From Prochlorococcus sp. AG-412-J13 (GTDB lineage: Bacteria; Cyanobacteriota; Cyanobacteriia; PCC-6307; Cyanobiaceae): a DNA stretch of 64,000 nt. A program made the translations under genes and the position numbers. Within the stretch, counting starts at the first letter, position 1, and each line of letters begins with the position of its first letter. Under the pieces are notes generated by a model that saw only the letters and a program-made list of their open reading frames with translations, did no database searches and was not told the DNA's origin. The DNA lies in the NCBI GenBank assembly GCA_003214815.1, contig QCLE01000005.1, positions 10,724 to 74,723 of the forward strand, given 5' to 3'. Shown piece after piece: positions 24,557 through 35,443 of the stretch.

Positions 24557-25558
24557 ATGTCTCCTGAAACAATAAGTGAAAATAAACTAGCGTCAATCGC
24601 AAGTATAAAAGCCAGTAATGATGTAGATCTTGTTCGATCATACTTGAGGGATATAGGAAGAGTTCCATTACTTTCGCACGAGCAAGAGATTACTTTAGGT
24701 AGACAAGTACAAGAGTACATGGAAGTTGAAAGAGCAGAATTGGAAATTATTGAATTAACAGGAGATAAGCCTAGTATTGATGAGTTATCAACCAAATTAA
24801 ACTTATCTACTTCAATAATAAAAAAAAGAATGAGAGCTGGACAGAGAGCTAAAGAAAGAATGGTTGCAGCGAACTTAAGGTTGGTAGTTAGCGTTGCAAA
24901 AAAATATACAAAAAGAAATATGGAACTTTTAGATTTAATTCAGGAGGGAACTATAGGACTGGTCAGAGGAGTTGAAAAATTTGATCCAGCCAGAGGTTAT
25001 AAGTTTTCAACATATGCATATTGGTGGATTAGACAAGGTATTACGAGAGCAATAGCTGAAAAAAGCCGGGCGATAAGACTACCAATTCACATAACTGAAA
25101 TGTTGAATAAGTTAAAAAAAGGTCAAAGAGAACTTAGTCAAGAAATGTCTAGAACTCCAACTGTAAGTGAACTTGCGAAATACGTAGAGCTTCCTGAAGA
25201 TGACGTTAAAGATTTGATGTGCAAAGCTGGGCAGCCAGTTAGTCTTGAAACCAAAGTTGGTGATGGTGAAGATACTGTTCTGTTAGATTTGCTGGCAGGG
25301 GGCGAGGATTTGCCAGATGAACAAATAGAGATGGATTGTATGAGAGGTGATTTGCATTCTCTTTTACATCAACTGCCTGATCTACAATGTAGAGTTTTAA
25401 GAATGAGATACGGAATGGATGGTGATGAGCCAATGTCTCTTACAGGTATAGGAAGGGTACTAGGGATAAGTAGAGATCGAGTAAGAAATCTAGAACGAGA
25501 TGGATTAAGAGGCTTGAGAAGACTTAGTGATAATGTAGAAGCTTACTTTGTTTCTTGA
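24557..25558 (+). CDS. Group 2 sigma-70 factor
   Basis: YLRDIGRVPLL, NLRLVVSVAKKY, GYKFSTYAYWWIRQGITRAI and region 4 HTH; no region 1.1; ATG at 24557 preferred. Confidence 0.93.
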   Translation: MSPETISENKLASIASIKASNDVDLVRSYLRDIGRVPLLSHEQEITLGRQVQEYMEVERAELEIIELTGDKPSIDELSTKLNLSTSIIKKRMRAGQRAKERMVAANLRLVVSVAKKYTKRNMELLDLIQEGTIGLVRGVEKFDPARGYKFSTYAYWWIRQGITRAIAEKSRAIRLPIHITEMLNKLKKGQRELSQEMSRTPTVSELAKYVELPEDDVKDLMCKAGQPVSLETKVGDGEDTVLLDLLAGGEDLPDEQIEMDCMRGDLHSLLHQLPDLQCRVLRMRYGMDGDEPMSLTGIGRVLGISRDRVRNLERDGLRGLRRLSDNVEAYFVS

Positions 25559-26457
25559 ATAAATTTATTTATTAATTTATTTGTTTTTTCAGGTTCTTCA
25601 TCATGCGGACAATGACCAGCTCCATTAATAATATCTAATCTTTTAATATTCCTGAATTGTTTCTTCCACTTTCTTGCTTCATTTAAAGATTCCCAAGGAT
25701 CTTTTTCTCCCCAAATCAATTGGATTGGAGCATCAACTTTATCGAAAAGGTCAGTAGCAAGATAGTCATCAAATAAGTTAATAAAACCACGAAATGCTTC
25801 TTTAGAGTTTTTCCTTTGAGAGGGTTCATAAAGTATCTCAATCAATTCTTTATCGATATTTTTTCCTGAAGGGTAAGCTTGTTCAAGTATTTTCTTTATA
25901 ACTTTTGGATTAGCAGCTCTTGTAAAAAGTGTATTACTAATTAATCTTTGTCTGACTAACGTTTTAAGGACGGGTCTAAGTAGATTCATTAAGATATCAC
26001 TTTTCTTTAAACGTTTATCATCCATAGTTCTTTGTGCACAATCAATCAAAATGACACCTCTGCAATTATCTTTGAGGATTTCAGCAGCTTTCAATGCAAT
26101 AACACCACCAATTGAATTTCCTACTAAGTAAACAGGAGATTTTATTACCTCTGCGCAAAATGTTGATATTTGATTACCCCATAAGTCAAATGAATATTGA
26201 ATTGAGTTTTCTTTATCAGGTTCGTAATTTAATAAGGCACTAGGTTGACTGCTTTTTCCAAATCCTAATAAGTCAATTGCGTAGCAGTTAGAAAATTTAC
26301 CAAGAAAATCTTGATTATGTCTCCAGTGGTTTTTTGATGCCCCAAATCCATGAACTAATAAAATTTTAATATTTTTTTCAGAAGTAGATTGTTTCGATAA
26401 AGACCAAGAAATTTTCCAATTTTTCCACTGCCAAGTTTCAGATTTATTTAAAGACAC
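25543..26457 (-). CDS. Alpha/beta hydrolase (pheophytinase-like family)
   Basis: HGFGAS, DLLGFG, GNSIGG nucleophile elbow and GHCPHDE. Confidence 0.9.
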   Translation of the reverse strand: MSLNKSETWQWKNWKISWSLSKQSTSEKNIKILLVHGFGASKNHWRHNQDFLGKFSNCYAIDLLGFGKSSQPSALLNYEPDKENSIQYSFDLWGNQISTFCAEVIKSPVYLVGNSIGGVIALKAAEILKDNCRGVILIDCAQRTMDDKRLKKSDILMNLLRPVLKTLVRQRLISNTLFTRAANPKVIKKILEQAYPSGKNIDKELIEILYEPSQRKNSKEAFRGFINLFDDYLATDLFDKVDAPIQLIWGEKDPWESLNEARKWKKQFRNIKRLDIINGAGHCPHDEEPEKTNKLINKFIQETK

Positions 26458-26546
26458 TATGAATATGCTTTTAATTAAACTTTAATTCAAAAAATAATTA
26501 TTCGTTTTAAATAAATTATTCTTAGTTAAGAAAAAGCTTTCATTTT

Positions 26547-27545
26547 ATGAAAAAGAAAAAGGTCATATGTATTGGAGAGGCTTTAATAGACAGAATCAGA
26601 AATAAGTCAAATCAAGGATTTACAGATTTTTTGGGTGGTGCGCCTGCTAATGTTGCTTGTGCATTAAGAAAATTAAAAATAGATTCAACATTTATAGGAA
26701 GTTTGGGTGGTGATGAATATGGAAAAAAATTTATTACGAAATTTAATGAATTGGACGTTAATGTTGATTTCGTGCAATTAAATAATGATTCATCTACTCG
26801 TGTGGTTAATGTAGATAGAAATCAATTTGGAGATCGTTTTTTTTCAGGCTTTGAGGCAAGTTCTCATTCATGCTTTGCAGACGAAGTTCTTAGTAAGAAA
26901 TTAATCGAAAAAAAAATTTTAAATTTGGATAAATCTTTTCTAGAAACAAAATATTTGGTTACAGGAACGATTGTATTATCATCTCCAATATCAGCAGAGA
27001 CTATTTTTTTTCTTCTTGAACAGGCTAAAAAATTTGAAGTCAAAATAGTTATTGATTTGAATTGGAGAGAGGTCTTTTGGGATCATTCAATTTTTTCATC
27101 AGAAATTAGTAAAGACTCGAGAGTTACTTTAATCAAGAAATTTTTAAATCATGCAAATGTTTTAAAACTAGCTAAGGAAGAAGCATCTTTGTTTTTTGAC
27201 GATGAAAATCCCTTGCTAATATCTAAACAATTGTCTAATAGACCAGATGTAATAATAACTGATGGAAAAAATCCCGTTGCATGGTATATCAATGGATTGC
27301 AGGGGATTACCGAAACTCCTACTTCACAAAAAATTGTTGATACAACTGGGGCAGGCGATGCTTTTCTAGCTGGCTTAATTTCAAAATTAATTTCTTCTGG
27401 TTATCCTTTAAATGCAATAAAGATAGAAGATTGCATTAAGTTTGCAGGTGTTTGTGGATTTTTAACTTGTCTTGGTGAAGGCGCCATCGAGCAACAGCCA
27501 TCTCATGAGAAGGTTAATAAATTTTTGGGATCTCTTATTTCGTAG
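26547..27545 (+). CDS. PfkB-family carbohydrate kinase (fructokinase-like)
   Basis: GEALID, GGAPANVA, DLNWR and DTTGAGDAF. Confidence 0.9.
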   Translation: MKKKKVICIGEALIDRIRNKSNQGFTDFLGGAPANVACALRKLKIDSTFIGSLGGDEYGKKFITKFNELDVNVDFVQLNNDSSTRVVNVDRNQFGDRFFSGFEASSHSCFADEVLSKKLIEKKILNLDKSFLETKYLVTGTIVLSSPISAETIFFLLEQAKKFEVKIVIDLNWREVFWDHSIFSSEISKDSRVTLIKKFLNHANVLKLAKEEASLFFDDENPLLISKQLSNRPDVIITDGKNPVAWYINGLQGITETPTSQKIVDTTGAGDAFLAGLISKLISSGYPLNAIKIEDCIKFAGVCGFLTCLGEGAIEQQPSHEKVNKFLGSLIS

Positions 27546-27940
27546 TGTCTCCCATAATTTTTTGCGTAACTAATTTCTATTTTCCAGAAATTATCAATAA
27601 CTGGTTCTATTAATTCTGGCCATTCAATAACTAAAATAGCTTGTCTTTGTATTGCCTCTTCTTCTTCTGAAAAAAAAACTTCTTTTGCTGAAGAAACATT
27701 TTCTAACCTGTATAAATCAAGGTGAATTAGTGGAATTTTTCCGGAGTTATAGTGATGCGATAAAGCAAATGTAGGGCTTGTAATGTCCTCAGAGATTGAT
27801 AAGCCTTTAGCAATCCCTTGAACAAATGAAGTTTTCCCAGCCCCAATTGGACCCTGTAATAAAACAATTGATTGGGGATTTAATTTGTGTGAGAGTTTTT
27901 TCCCTAAATTTAAAGTCTCTTTTAAATTCTCAACAAACAC
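27503..27940 (-). CDS. tsaE: tRNA t6A biosynthesis ATPase TsaE
   Basis: GPIGAGKT, SPTF, HLDLYRL and IEWPE; GTG at 27940 preferred. Confidence 0.93.
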   Translation of the reverse strand: MFVENLKETLNLGKKLSHKLNPQSIVLLQGPIGAGKTSFVQGIAKGLSISEDITSPTFALSHHYNSGKIPLIHLDLYRLENVSSAKEVFFSEEEEAIQRQAILVIEWPELIEPVIDNFWKIEISYAKNYGRHYEIRDPKNLLTFS

Positions 27941-27992
27941 AAAATTACACAAAAATCATTTATAGTTTAATAGAAAAAAGTATTTACCAGAT

Positions 27993-29411
27993 ATGGTTAT
28001 CGCAAATTCAGTTAAAACCTCTGCACCTAATTACGTAATTGCTGATATCTCTTTATCAGATTTTGGTCGAAAAGAAATTAAAATTGCCGAAACGGAAATG
28101 CCTGGATTAATGGCCCTTAGAGATAAATATCAATCTGAAAAGCCACTAAAAGGTGCAAAAATAGCTGGAAGTCTTCATATGACTATTCAGACAGCAGTCC
28201 TAATAGAAACTCTTGTTGATCTTGGTGCAGAAGTGAAATGGGCTTCATGCAACATTTTTTCAACTCAAGATCATGCGGCTGCAGCTATCGCAGATCAAGG
28301 AATTTCTGTATATGCAAAAAAAGGTGAGACTCTTGATGAATATTGGCAATATACCCACTATATCCTTGATTGGGGTGCAGACTTTCCAAATATGATTCTT
28401 GATGATGGGGGAGATGCAACTGGCTTATTGATACTCGGTAGTAAAGCAGAAAAAGATTTATCTGTTTTAGATAATCCCAGTAATGAAGAAGAAATTGCTT
28501 TATTTAATTCTATTAAGTCTAAGTTGGAAAATGATAGTGACTTCTATTCTAGAATTAAGAGTAATATCATTGGTGTCACTGAAGAAACCACAACGGGAGT
28601 TGCAAGACTTTATCAACTGCAAAAGCAAAATGCTTTACCTTTCCCTGCTATCAACGTTAATGATTCAGTAACTAAGAGCAAATTTGATAATTTATATGGC
28701 TGCCGAGAATCTCTAGTTGACAGCATAAAACGTGCCACTGATGTGATGATTGCCGGGAAGGTCGCTTTAGTAATGGGTTTTGGAGATGTAGGTAAAGGTT
28801 CAGCCCAGTCTCTAAGAGGACTTGGTGCAATTGTAAAAGTTGCTGAAGTTGATCCAATCTGTGCTCTTCAAGCGGCAATGGAAGGTTTTAGCGTTGTTAC
28901 ATTAGACGATGTTGTGGAAGATATAGATATATTTGTTACAGCAACTGGGAACTTTCAGGTAATAACAAACGAAAATCTTGTCAAGATGAAAAATGAGGCC
29001 ATAGTCTGTAATATCGGCCATTTCGATAATGAAATTGATGTGGCTTCATTGAAAGATTATCAATGGGAAAATATTAAGCCGCAGGTTGATCACATAACAT
29101 TACCGAGTGGCAATAAAATAATCCTTTTAGCTGAAGGTAGATTAGTTAACCTAGGTTGTGCTACTGGACATCCAAGTTTTGTTATGAGTAATTCTTTTAC
29201 TAATCAAGTACTAGCTCAAATTGAACTTTTCAATAAGTCAGAAAAATATGCTAAGGAGGTTTATGTTTTACCAAAACATTTAGATGAAATGGTAGCCAGA
29301 TTACATCTTGATAAAATTGGTGCAAAATTAACAAAATTAACTAAGGAACAAGCTGATTACATTAATGTTTCTGTTGAAGGACCTTACAAACCAGAGCTTT
29401 ATAGATATTAA
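27993..29411 (+). CDS. ahcY: S-adenosyl-L-homocysteine hydrolase
   Basis: [27 protein letters not shown] and GHPSFVMS. Confidence 0.98.
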   Translation: MVIANSVKTSAPNYVIADISLSDFGRKEIKIAETEMPGLMALRDKYQSEKPLKGAKIAGSLHMTIQTAVLIETLVDLGAEVKWASCNIFSTQDHAAAAIADQGISVYAKKGETLDEYWQYTHYILDWGADFPNMILDDGGDATGLLILGSKAEKDLSVLDNPSNEEEIALFNSIKSKLENDSDFYSRIKSNIIGVTEETTTGVARLYQLQKQNALPFPAINVNDSVTKSKFDNLYGCRESLVDSIKRATDVMIAGKVALVMGFGDVGKGSAQSLRGLGAIVKVAEVDPICALQAAMEGFSVVTLDDVVEDIDIFVTATGNFQVITNENLVKMKNEAIVCNIGHFDNEIDVASLKDYQWENIKPQVDHITLPSGNKIILLAEGRLVNLGCATGHPSFVMSNSFTNQVLAQIELFNKSEKYAKEVYVLPKHLDEMVARLHLDKIGAKLTKLTKEQADYINVSVEGPYKPELYRY

Positions 29412-29413
29412 GT

Positions 29414-30073
29414 TTGAGTTTAATTTTTGTGAATTTTCTTACTTCAATCCCCGACTATATTAGTTTGGCTGTTGAAAAGAATTCAACAATTGCATACCTC
29501 ACTATTTGTTTGGCTATGTTTTTAGAAAACATAATACCTCCAATTCCTTCAGAAATAATAATGCCCTTAGGAGGGTTTTTTGTTTATCAACAAAAATTAA
29601 ATTTCTATATTTTAGTTTTTTGGGGACTACTTGGAACTATTTTAGGATCATTGCCATGGTATTATTTAGGTAGATTAGTAAATGAAAAAAGACTTTCAAA
29701 TTTTCTAGATAAAAAAGGAAAATATCTGGGTATTTCTTCTAATGATTTAAGTAAAAGTAAAAGGTGGTTTGATAAATACGGGGTTTCCTTAGTCTTTTGG
29801 GGCCGATTAGTACCAGGTATAAGAACTTTAATTTCAGTTCCCGCAGGCATAGAACTTATGCCATTAAGAAAATTTATGATTTGGACTACATTTGGGAGCG
29901 TGATATGGATAGCACTGCTTACTTATGCAGGTTATTTATTTGGTGAAAATTATCCAATCATTGAAACTTACTTAGAACAAATCAAATATGTTGTAAAGCC
30001 AATTTTAAGTTTAATTTTCTTATATTTTTTTATAAGAGTACTTATTAGATTTTTAAAAAAAAATAGAGTTTAA
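29414..30073 (+). CDS. dedA: DedA family membrane protein
   Basis: FLENIIPPIPSE and GRLVPGIRTLISVPAG. Confidence 0.92.
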   Translation: MSLIFVNFLTSIPDYISLAVEKNSTIAYLTICLAMFLENIIPPIPSEIIMPLGGFFVYQQKLNFYILVFWGLLGTILGSLPWYYLGRLVNEKRLSNFLDKKGKYLGISSNDLSKSKRWFDKYGVSLVFWGRLVPGIRTLISVPAGIELMPLRKFMIWTTFGSVIWIALLTYAGYLFGENYPIIETYLEQIKYVVKPILSLIFLYFFIRVLIRFLKKNRV

Positions 30074-30441
30074 AAAGGGATTTCACTAGAGTTACTACTA
30101 CTAGAATATTGGTTATTATCAGACTCTTTTCGGGATCCCAGTAAGTTTAATCTATCTACCCTAACAACTGGTTTATATCTATCTTCCCCAGTATTTTTAT
30201 CTTTCCAACTATCAATTTTAAAGCTTCCTGTAATTCCAATTAAAGATCCTTTTTTAACGTAATCTGCGGCTATTTGTGCTTGCTTGCCCCATATTTCTAA
30301 ATTAAACCAGTCGGGCTCTTCATCTCTACTTCTTCTGTTAACTGCAAGTGTGAAATTGGCTACGATACTTCCAGATTCGAAATATCTGACATCTGGTTCT
30401 CTTCCTGCTCTGCCAACCAGGTTAATAGTGTTAATTTCCAT
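30070..30441 (-). CDS. ssb: Single-stranded DNA-binding protein
   Basis: INLVGRAGREP OB fold and C-terminal IPF; ATG at 30441 (MEINT) preferred over 30468. Confidence 0.95.
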   Translation of the reverse strand: MEINTINLVGRAGREPDVRYFESGSIVANFTLAVNRRSRDEEPDWFNLEIWGKQAQIAADYVKKGSLIGITGSFKIDSWKDKNTGEDRYKPVVRVDRLNLLGSRKESDNNQYSSSSNSSEIPF

Positions 30442-30575
30442 AATTTTTTTTTTTTTAATACTACTCATATTTCCAGTTTCTGCTCAAAGTTTTGCGTGCT
30501 ATTCATAACTAAACGACAGAATACTGAGAGCTTACTAAAAATATAGATATATTATTTATAAAAAGAATTCTTATT

Positions 30576-31628
30576 GTGATTTTTAACAGATTTAAATTTT
30601 CTAGAGATATTGGCATAGATTTGGGAACCGCCAATACTCTTATACACGTATCAGGAAAGGGCGTTGTTTTACAAGAGCCTTCTGTGGTAGCTATGGATTT
30701 AGAAGAAGGGATTCCATTAGCTGTTGGTACAGAAGCAAAGTTAATGCTTGGAAGGACACCTGGCAATATAAGAGCCGTAAGACCACTAAGGGATGGGGTT
30801 ATCGCAGATTTTGATGCTGCAGAACAAATGATAAAAACATTTATTCAAAAATGTAACGAAGGCAAGGGTATAGTAGCCCCAAGGATAGTGATTGGTATCC
30901 CAAGTGGAGTTACTAGTGTTGAGCGAAGAGCAGTAAGAGAAGCTGGATTAGCCGGAGCGAGAGAAGTTCACTTAATTGATGAACCTGTTGCAGCAGCAAT
31001 AGGAGCATCATTACCAGTAACTGAGCCAATTGGAACTATGATTGTCGATATTGGTGGAGGTACTACTGAAGTTGCAGTATTAAGTTTAGGTGGAACTGTA
31101 TTGAGTGAATCTGTTCGAATAGCAGGTGATGAAATAAATGAGTCAATAGCGCTATATCTTAAAAAAGTTCACAACTTAGTCGTTGGAGAGAGAACTGCAG
31201 AAGATATCAAAATTAAAATTGGATCTGCATTTCCAGATGATGATTTTGATAAAACTACTTTAGAGGTTAGAGGCCTACATCTTTTATCTGGTCTACCTAG
31301 GTCAGTCACCTTGACATCAGGGGAAATTAGAGAAGCCATGGCTGAAACACTGAGCAAAATAGTGGAAGCTGTAAAAAGAACTTTAGAGCGAACCCCCCCT
31401 GAACTTGCCGCAGACATTGTTGATAGGGGGATTATGCTTGCAGGAGGTGGAGCTTTAGTTAGAGGTATTAATGATTTATTGAGCGATGAAACGGGAATTT
31501 TTACTCACATAGCAGAAAACCCACTCCTTTGCGTAGTTAATGGTTGTGGAGAGGTTTTGGATGATTTTAAAAAACTGAAAAGAGTTGTTGACACTCCAGA
31601 ATTTATAAGAAATGCAATAAGAGATTAG
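30576..31628 (+). CDS. mreB: Rod shape-determining protein MreB
   Basis: [17 protein letters not shown] and GGGAL actin-fold motifs. Confidence 0.98.
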   Translation: MIFNRFKFSRDIGIDLGTANTLIHVSGKGVVLQEPSVVAMDLEEGIPLAVGTEAKLMLGRTPGNIRAVRPLRDGVIADFDAAEQMIKTFIQKCNEGKGIVAPRIVIGIPSGVTSVERRAVREAGLAGAREVHLIDEPVAAAIGASLPVTEPIGTMIVDIGGGTTEVAVLSLGGTVLSESVRIAGDEINESIALYLKKVHNLVVGERTAEDIKIKIGSAFPDDDFDKTTLEVRGLHLLSGLPRSVTLTSGEIREAMAETLSKIVEAVKRTLERTPPELAADIVDRGIMLAGGGALVRGINDLLSDETGIFTHIAENPLLCVVNGCGEVLDDFKKLKRVVDTPEFIRNAIRD

Positions 31629-31632
31629 TATT

Positions 31633-32382
31633 ATGTTAGGTATCCGACGAATTTCTACTTATCGTTGGTGGCATAAAAAGAAAAATTGGATATTGTTTGT
31701 AGTTTTTTTATTTTTGGTTTTTGTAAAGATCTCAAAAGGATCTTTTTATAAGGATTTTTATTATTTAATTTCAAAGCCTTTTTGGCCTGGTCAATTTCAA
31801 AAAGAAATTCTTCTTGAGAGTATAGACCAAGAATATTTAATAAAGTTTAATCTTCTTAAGAAAGATAATATAAGATTGCGACAAATCTTATCCCTTCAAG
31901 AATCATCTAATAATGATCATATTTCAGCTGCAGTTATTTCGAGAAAAACAGGTAGTTGGTGGAGACAAATTATTTTAAACAAAGGTTCTAAGGATGGAGT
32001 AGAAATTGGTAATATTGTTATTGGTCCGGGTGGATTATTAGGAAGAGTAAGCAATACTTCTTTATTCACTTCGTCAGTAACTTTAATAACTTCTCCAGAA
32101 AGTAAGTTAGGTGTTTGGGTAGATAGGATTCAAATTAATGGATTACTTGTAGGTTTAGCAGATGATTATCCTAACTTAATACTTTATTCTAAAGATGCTG
32201 ATATTAAAGTTGGAGATTTTGTATCATCATCTCCTGCTAGTTCGCTATTACCTCCAAATATCCCTATCGGTATTGTCCAATCTATAGATGAGACATTGAA
32301 ATCAAAAAAAACGGCAAAAATTTCACTTTTGGCAAAACCTCAGGTAATTGATTGGGTGCAAATTTTGAAAATAAAAAGATAA
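31633..32382 (+). CDS. mreC: Rod shape-determining protein MreC
   Basis: Follows mreB; N-terminal TM, coiled coil, KGSKDG...GLLGRV and PIGIV. Confidence 0.88.
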   Translation: MLGIRRISTYRWWHKKKNWILFVVFLFLVFVKISKGSFYKDFYYLISKPFWPGQFQKEILLESIDQEYLIKFNLLKKDNIRLRQILSLQESSNNDHISAAVISRKTGSWWRQIILNKGSKDGVEIGNIVIGPGGLLGRVSNTSLFTSSVTLITSPESKLGVWVDRIQINGLLVGLADDYPNLILYSKDADIKVGDFVSSSPASSLLPPNIPIGIVQSIDETLKSKKTAKISLLAKPQVIDWVQILKIKR

Positions 32383-32897
32383 TGAATAAATTTTTTATAA
32401 AAAAATCATCAATAATAAGCTTTATTTTTATACCAATTATTTTTTTGTGGCATCCTAATTGGCTTGGATTTTTAGGTTTTCAGCCATATTGGCCGTTATT
32501 GTGGTTATTGCCTTGGTCAATGATTAATGGATCAATTAATGGATTAATATTTGGTTTCTTTTTAGGTCTAATTTTAGATTCTCTAACTTTAGATAATAAT
32601 TTTACTCAAATGCCAGGATTAATTATTTGTGGATTTTTGTTTGGGAGAGTTAAATTACATAGTGATATTTTTGTTGGACATTTTAGGTATGGTTTAATTT
32701 GTTCTATTGGAAGTTTTTTATGTGGGACTCTTTATTTTTTACAAATTGTGTTTAGAAATTTTTCAGATAGTAATTCTTTAATGTTTATTCCCGCCGTTAA
32801 AAATATCTTAGCTGAAGTTTTTCTGACAGGTTTTTTTGCTCCCTTTATTTGCTCCCAACTTTTCAGAATGTTTAATTTTTCAAAAAGAAAACTGTAG
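32382..32897 (+). CDS. mreD: Rod shape-determining protein MreD
   Basis: Hydrophobic multi-TM protein after mreC; TAATG stop/start overlap supports a start at 32382. Confidence 0.8.
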   Translation: MNKFFIKKSSIISFIFIPIIFLWHPNWLGFLGFQPYWPLLWLLPWSMINGSINGLIFGFFLGLILDSLTLDNNFTQMPGLIICGFLFGRVKLHSDIFVGHFRYGLICSIGSFLCGTLYFLQIVFRNFSDSNSLMFIPAVKNILAEVFLTGFFAPFICSQLFRMFNFSKRKL

Positions 32898-32952
32898 TAA
32901 TAAATTTCGCCAAGTAGTAAAAAGTGTTTGAAAAAATTGATATCTTCAAAAA

Positions 32953-32970
32953 TATTTAAAATTTTGTAAA
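32953..32970 (-). promoter_or_regulatory. HLR1-like (RpaB) direct repeat upstream of the response regulator
   Basis: Minus strand TTTACAAA-AT-TTTAAATA versus consensus KTTACAWW-NN-KTTACAWW (1 mismatch). Confidence 0.4.
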
Positions 32971-33079
32971 CCTAAGGAATATCTCTTTGAGCGTTCGTGA
33001 TGTTATATTTTTAATTGTTAGAATGAATATTCAATGCAATAGTTCTTTGCTTTGAAATACCGAGAAATCTTTTTTTACT

Positions 33080-33826
33080 ATGTCAAAAGCAAGAATTCTA
33101 GTTGTTGATGATGAACCAGCAGTTTTGAAGGTATTAGTTACAAGGCTTCAACTAGCTGGATATCAAGTTTATTCAGCCACTAATGGTGAAGAAGCTCTTG
33201 AATCTTTTCACAGGGATTCTCCAGACTTAATAGTTCTTGATGTTATGCTTCCAAAAATGGATGGATTTGCTGTTTGTAGAAGAATTAGAGCTGAATCAGT
33301 TGTGCCAATAATATTCTTAACCGCTTTAGAAGCCATTTCAGAGAGAGTTGCAGGTTTGGATTTAGGGGCTGATGATTACTTATCCAAACCATTTAGCCCA
33401 AAAGAATTAGAGGCTAGAATAGCTACTATTTTGAGAAGAATGGGCCCAACGGTATCGGTTGCTGAAACTAAAGAAGTTCCTTCAGGCAAAGGAGTTATGA
33501 AATTTGGAAGTTTAGTTGTTGATACTAATCGCAGACAAGTTTCTAGAGCAGGAGATAGAATTAGCTTAACTTATACTGAATTTAGCCTCCTAGAATTATT
33601 ATTTGATGAGCCTGGCAAGGTTGTCCCGCGAGCAGAAATTTTAGAACAGCTATGGGGTTATCCTCCTCGTAGAGCAGCAGATTTAAGAGTTGTAGATGTT
33701 TATGTAGCTAGATTAAGAGGAAAATTGGAACCAGATCCAAGAAATCCTGAATTAATATTAACTGTTAGAGGAATTGGTTACGCATCTCAGAGAGTTGGCG
33801 AAACAGCAACATCTTTGGCAAGTTGA
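33080..33826 (+). CDS. srrA: OmpR-family response regulator, RpaB paralog (SrrA-like)
   Basis: Receiver VVDDE...DVMLP...KPF plus RpaB-like output VDVYVARLRGKLEPDPRNPELILTVRG; diverges from RpaB itself. Confidence 0.8.
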   Translation: MSKARILVVDDEPAVLKVLVTRLQLAGYQVYSATNGEEALESFHRDSPDLIVLDVMLPKMDGFAVCRRIRAESVVPIIFLTALEAISERVAGLDLGADDYLSKPFSPKELEARIATILRRMGPTVSVAETKEVPSGKGVMKFGSLVVDTNRRQVSRAGDRISLTYTEFSLLELLFDEPGKVVPRAEILEQLWGYPPRRAADLRVVDVYVARLRGKLEPDPRNPELILTVRGIGYASQRVGETATSLAS

Positions 33827-33876
33827 GCCTTAGTCTGATAATTTTATTAAATAATACAAATCTATTAAGATAAATT

Positions 33877-35415
33877 TTGTCTGAAATAAAAGAAGCACGA
33901 ATACAAAAAGCTAATTCACTCGTTAGTAAAGGATTTGCTTCTTACGCGCAGAGTTTTAAAGTTTCACATCCTACCAAATTTCTTATTCAAAAATTTGATT
34001 ATTTAGAAAATGGTCAAGAGGAAAACTTCAATGTTTCTCTTGCAGGTCGAGTTATGGCAAAAAGGGTAATGGGTAAAATTGCCTTTTTTACAATTAGCGA
34101 TCAAGAAGGTCAGATTCAGCTTTATCTAGAAAAAAGGATTATTAATTTAAATTTAGAAAAACAAAATTCACTCTCTTTTGAAGATATCAAGGAAATAGTA
34201 GATATTGGTGATTGGATAGGTGTTTACGGAACTATTAAAAAAACTAATAAAGGTGAGCTTTCAATTAAAGTTGAAAAATGGGAGATGTTATCCAAATCAT
34301 TACAACCTTTGCCAGATAAATGGCATGGATTGACTGATATTGAAAAAAGATATAGACAACGTTATCTAGATTTAATAGTTAATCCTCACTCTAAAAATGT
34401 ATTTAAAACAAGAGCAAAATGTATTAGTTTTATAAGAAAATGGCTAGATAATAGAAATTTTTTAGAGATAGAGACTCCAATTCTGCAATCTGAAGCTGGT
34501 GGTGCTGAAGCAAGACCATTTATAACCCATCACAATACATTAGATATTCCGCTTTATCTAAGAATAGCTACAGAATTACATTTAAAAAGAATGGTTGTTG
34601 GAGGATTTGAGAAAGTATATGAATTGGGAAGAATTTTCCGTAATGAGGGGATCAGTACAAGGCATAATCCAGAATTCACTTCTGTTGAAATTTATCAAGC
34701 TTTTTCTGACTATGTCGATATGATGAATTTAACAGAAGAATTGATTAAAGATATCGTAGCTGATGCCTGTGGGTCTTTAATTATAAATTATCAAAATAAA
34801 GAAATTGATTTTTCTAAACCTTGGTTAAGAATATCCATGAAAGATATTGTCAAAAAATATACAGGGATTGATTTTGATTCTTTCAGTGGAGATTTTCAAG
34901 CAGCAAAACAAGCCGTTAAATGTATAAATGTTGATATATCTTATAAAGTGAATACAATTGGAAGACTTTTAAATGAAGTCTTTGAGCAAAAAGTAGAATC
35001 AGAACTAATAGAACCTACTTTTGTTATCGATTATCCTGTTGAAATTTCTCCTCTAGCTAGGCCTCATTTTGATAATAAAGAAATGGTTCAGAGATTTGAA
35101 TTATTCATTGTTGGCCGAGAGCTGGCAAATGCATTTAGTGAGTTGATAGATCCTGTAGATCAAAGAGAGAGAATGCAATTACAGCAATCTCTTAGAGATG
35201 AAGGAGATCTTGAGGCTCACTGTATAGATGAAGATTTTTTGAATGCTTTAGAGATCGGCATGCCTCCTACTGGAGGATTAGGTATAGGCATTGATAGGCT
35301 ACTTATGTTACTTACTAATAGCGCATCAATTAGAGATGTAATCCCTTTCCCATTGTTAAAACCAGAAATAACTTCCAAAAAAAATGAAAAATTACCCTTG
35401 AATGAAGTAAAATAA
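33877..35415 (+). CDS. lysS: Lysyl-tRNA synthetase (class II)
   Basis: [25 protein letters not shown] and GLGIGIDRL. Confidence 0.98.
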   Translation: MSEIKEARIQKANSLVSKGFASYAQSFKVSHPTKFLIQKFDYLENGQEENFNVSLAGRVMAKRVMGKIAFFTISDQEGQIQLYLEKRIINLNLEKQNSLSFEDIKEIVDIGDWIGVYGTIKKTNKGELSIKVEKWEMLSKSLQPLPDKWHGLTDIEKRYRQRYLDLIVNPHSKNVFKTRAKCISFIRKWLDNRNFLEIETPILQSEAGGAEARPFITHHNTLDIPLYLRIATELHLKRMVVGGFEKVYELGRIFRNEGISTRHNPEFTSVEIYQAFSDYVDMMNLTEELIKDIVADACGSLIINYQNKEIDFSKPWLRISMKDIVKKYTGIDFDSFSGDFQAAKQAVKCINVDISYKVNTIGRLLNEVFEQKVESELIEPTFVIDYPVEISPLARPHFDNKEMVQRFELFIVGRELANAFSELIDPVDQRERMQLQQSLRDEGDLEAHCIDEDFLNALEIGMPPTGGLGIGIDRLLMLLTNSASIRDVIPFPLLKPEITSKKNEKLPLNEVK

Positions 35416-35443
35416 ATAAATTAATCCAATACGAAATTTTTAA

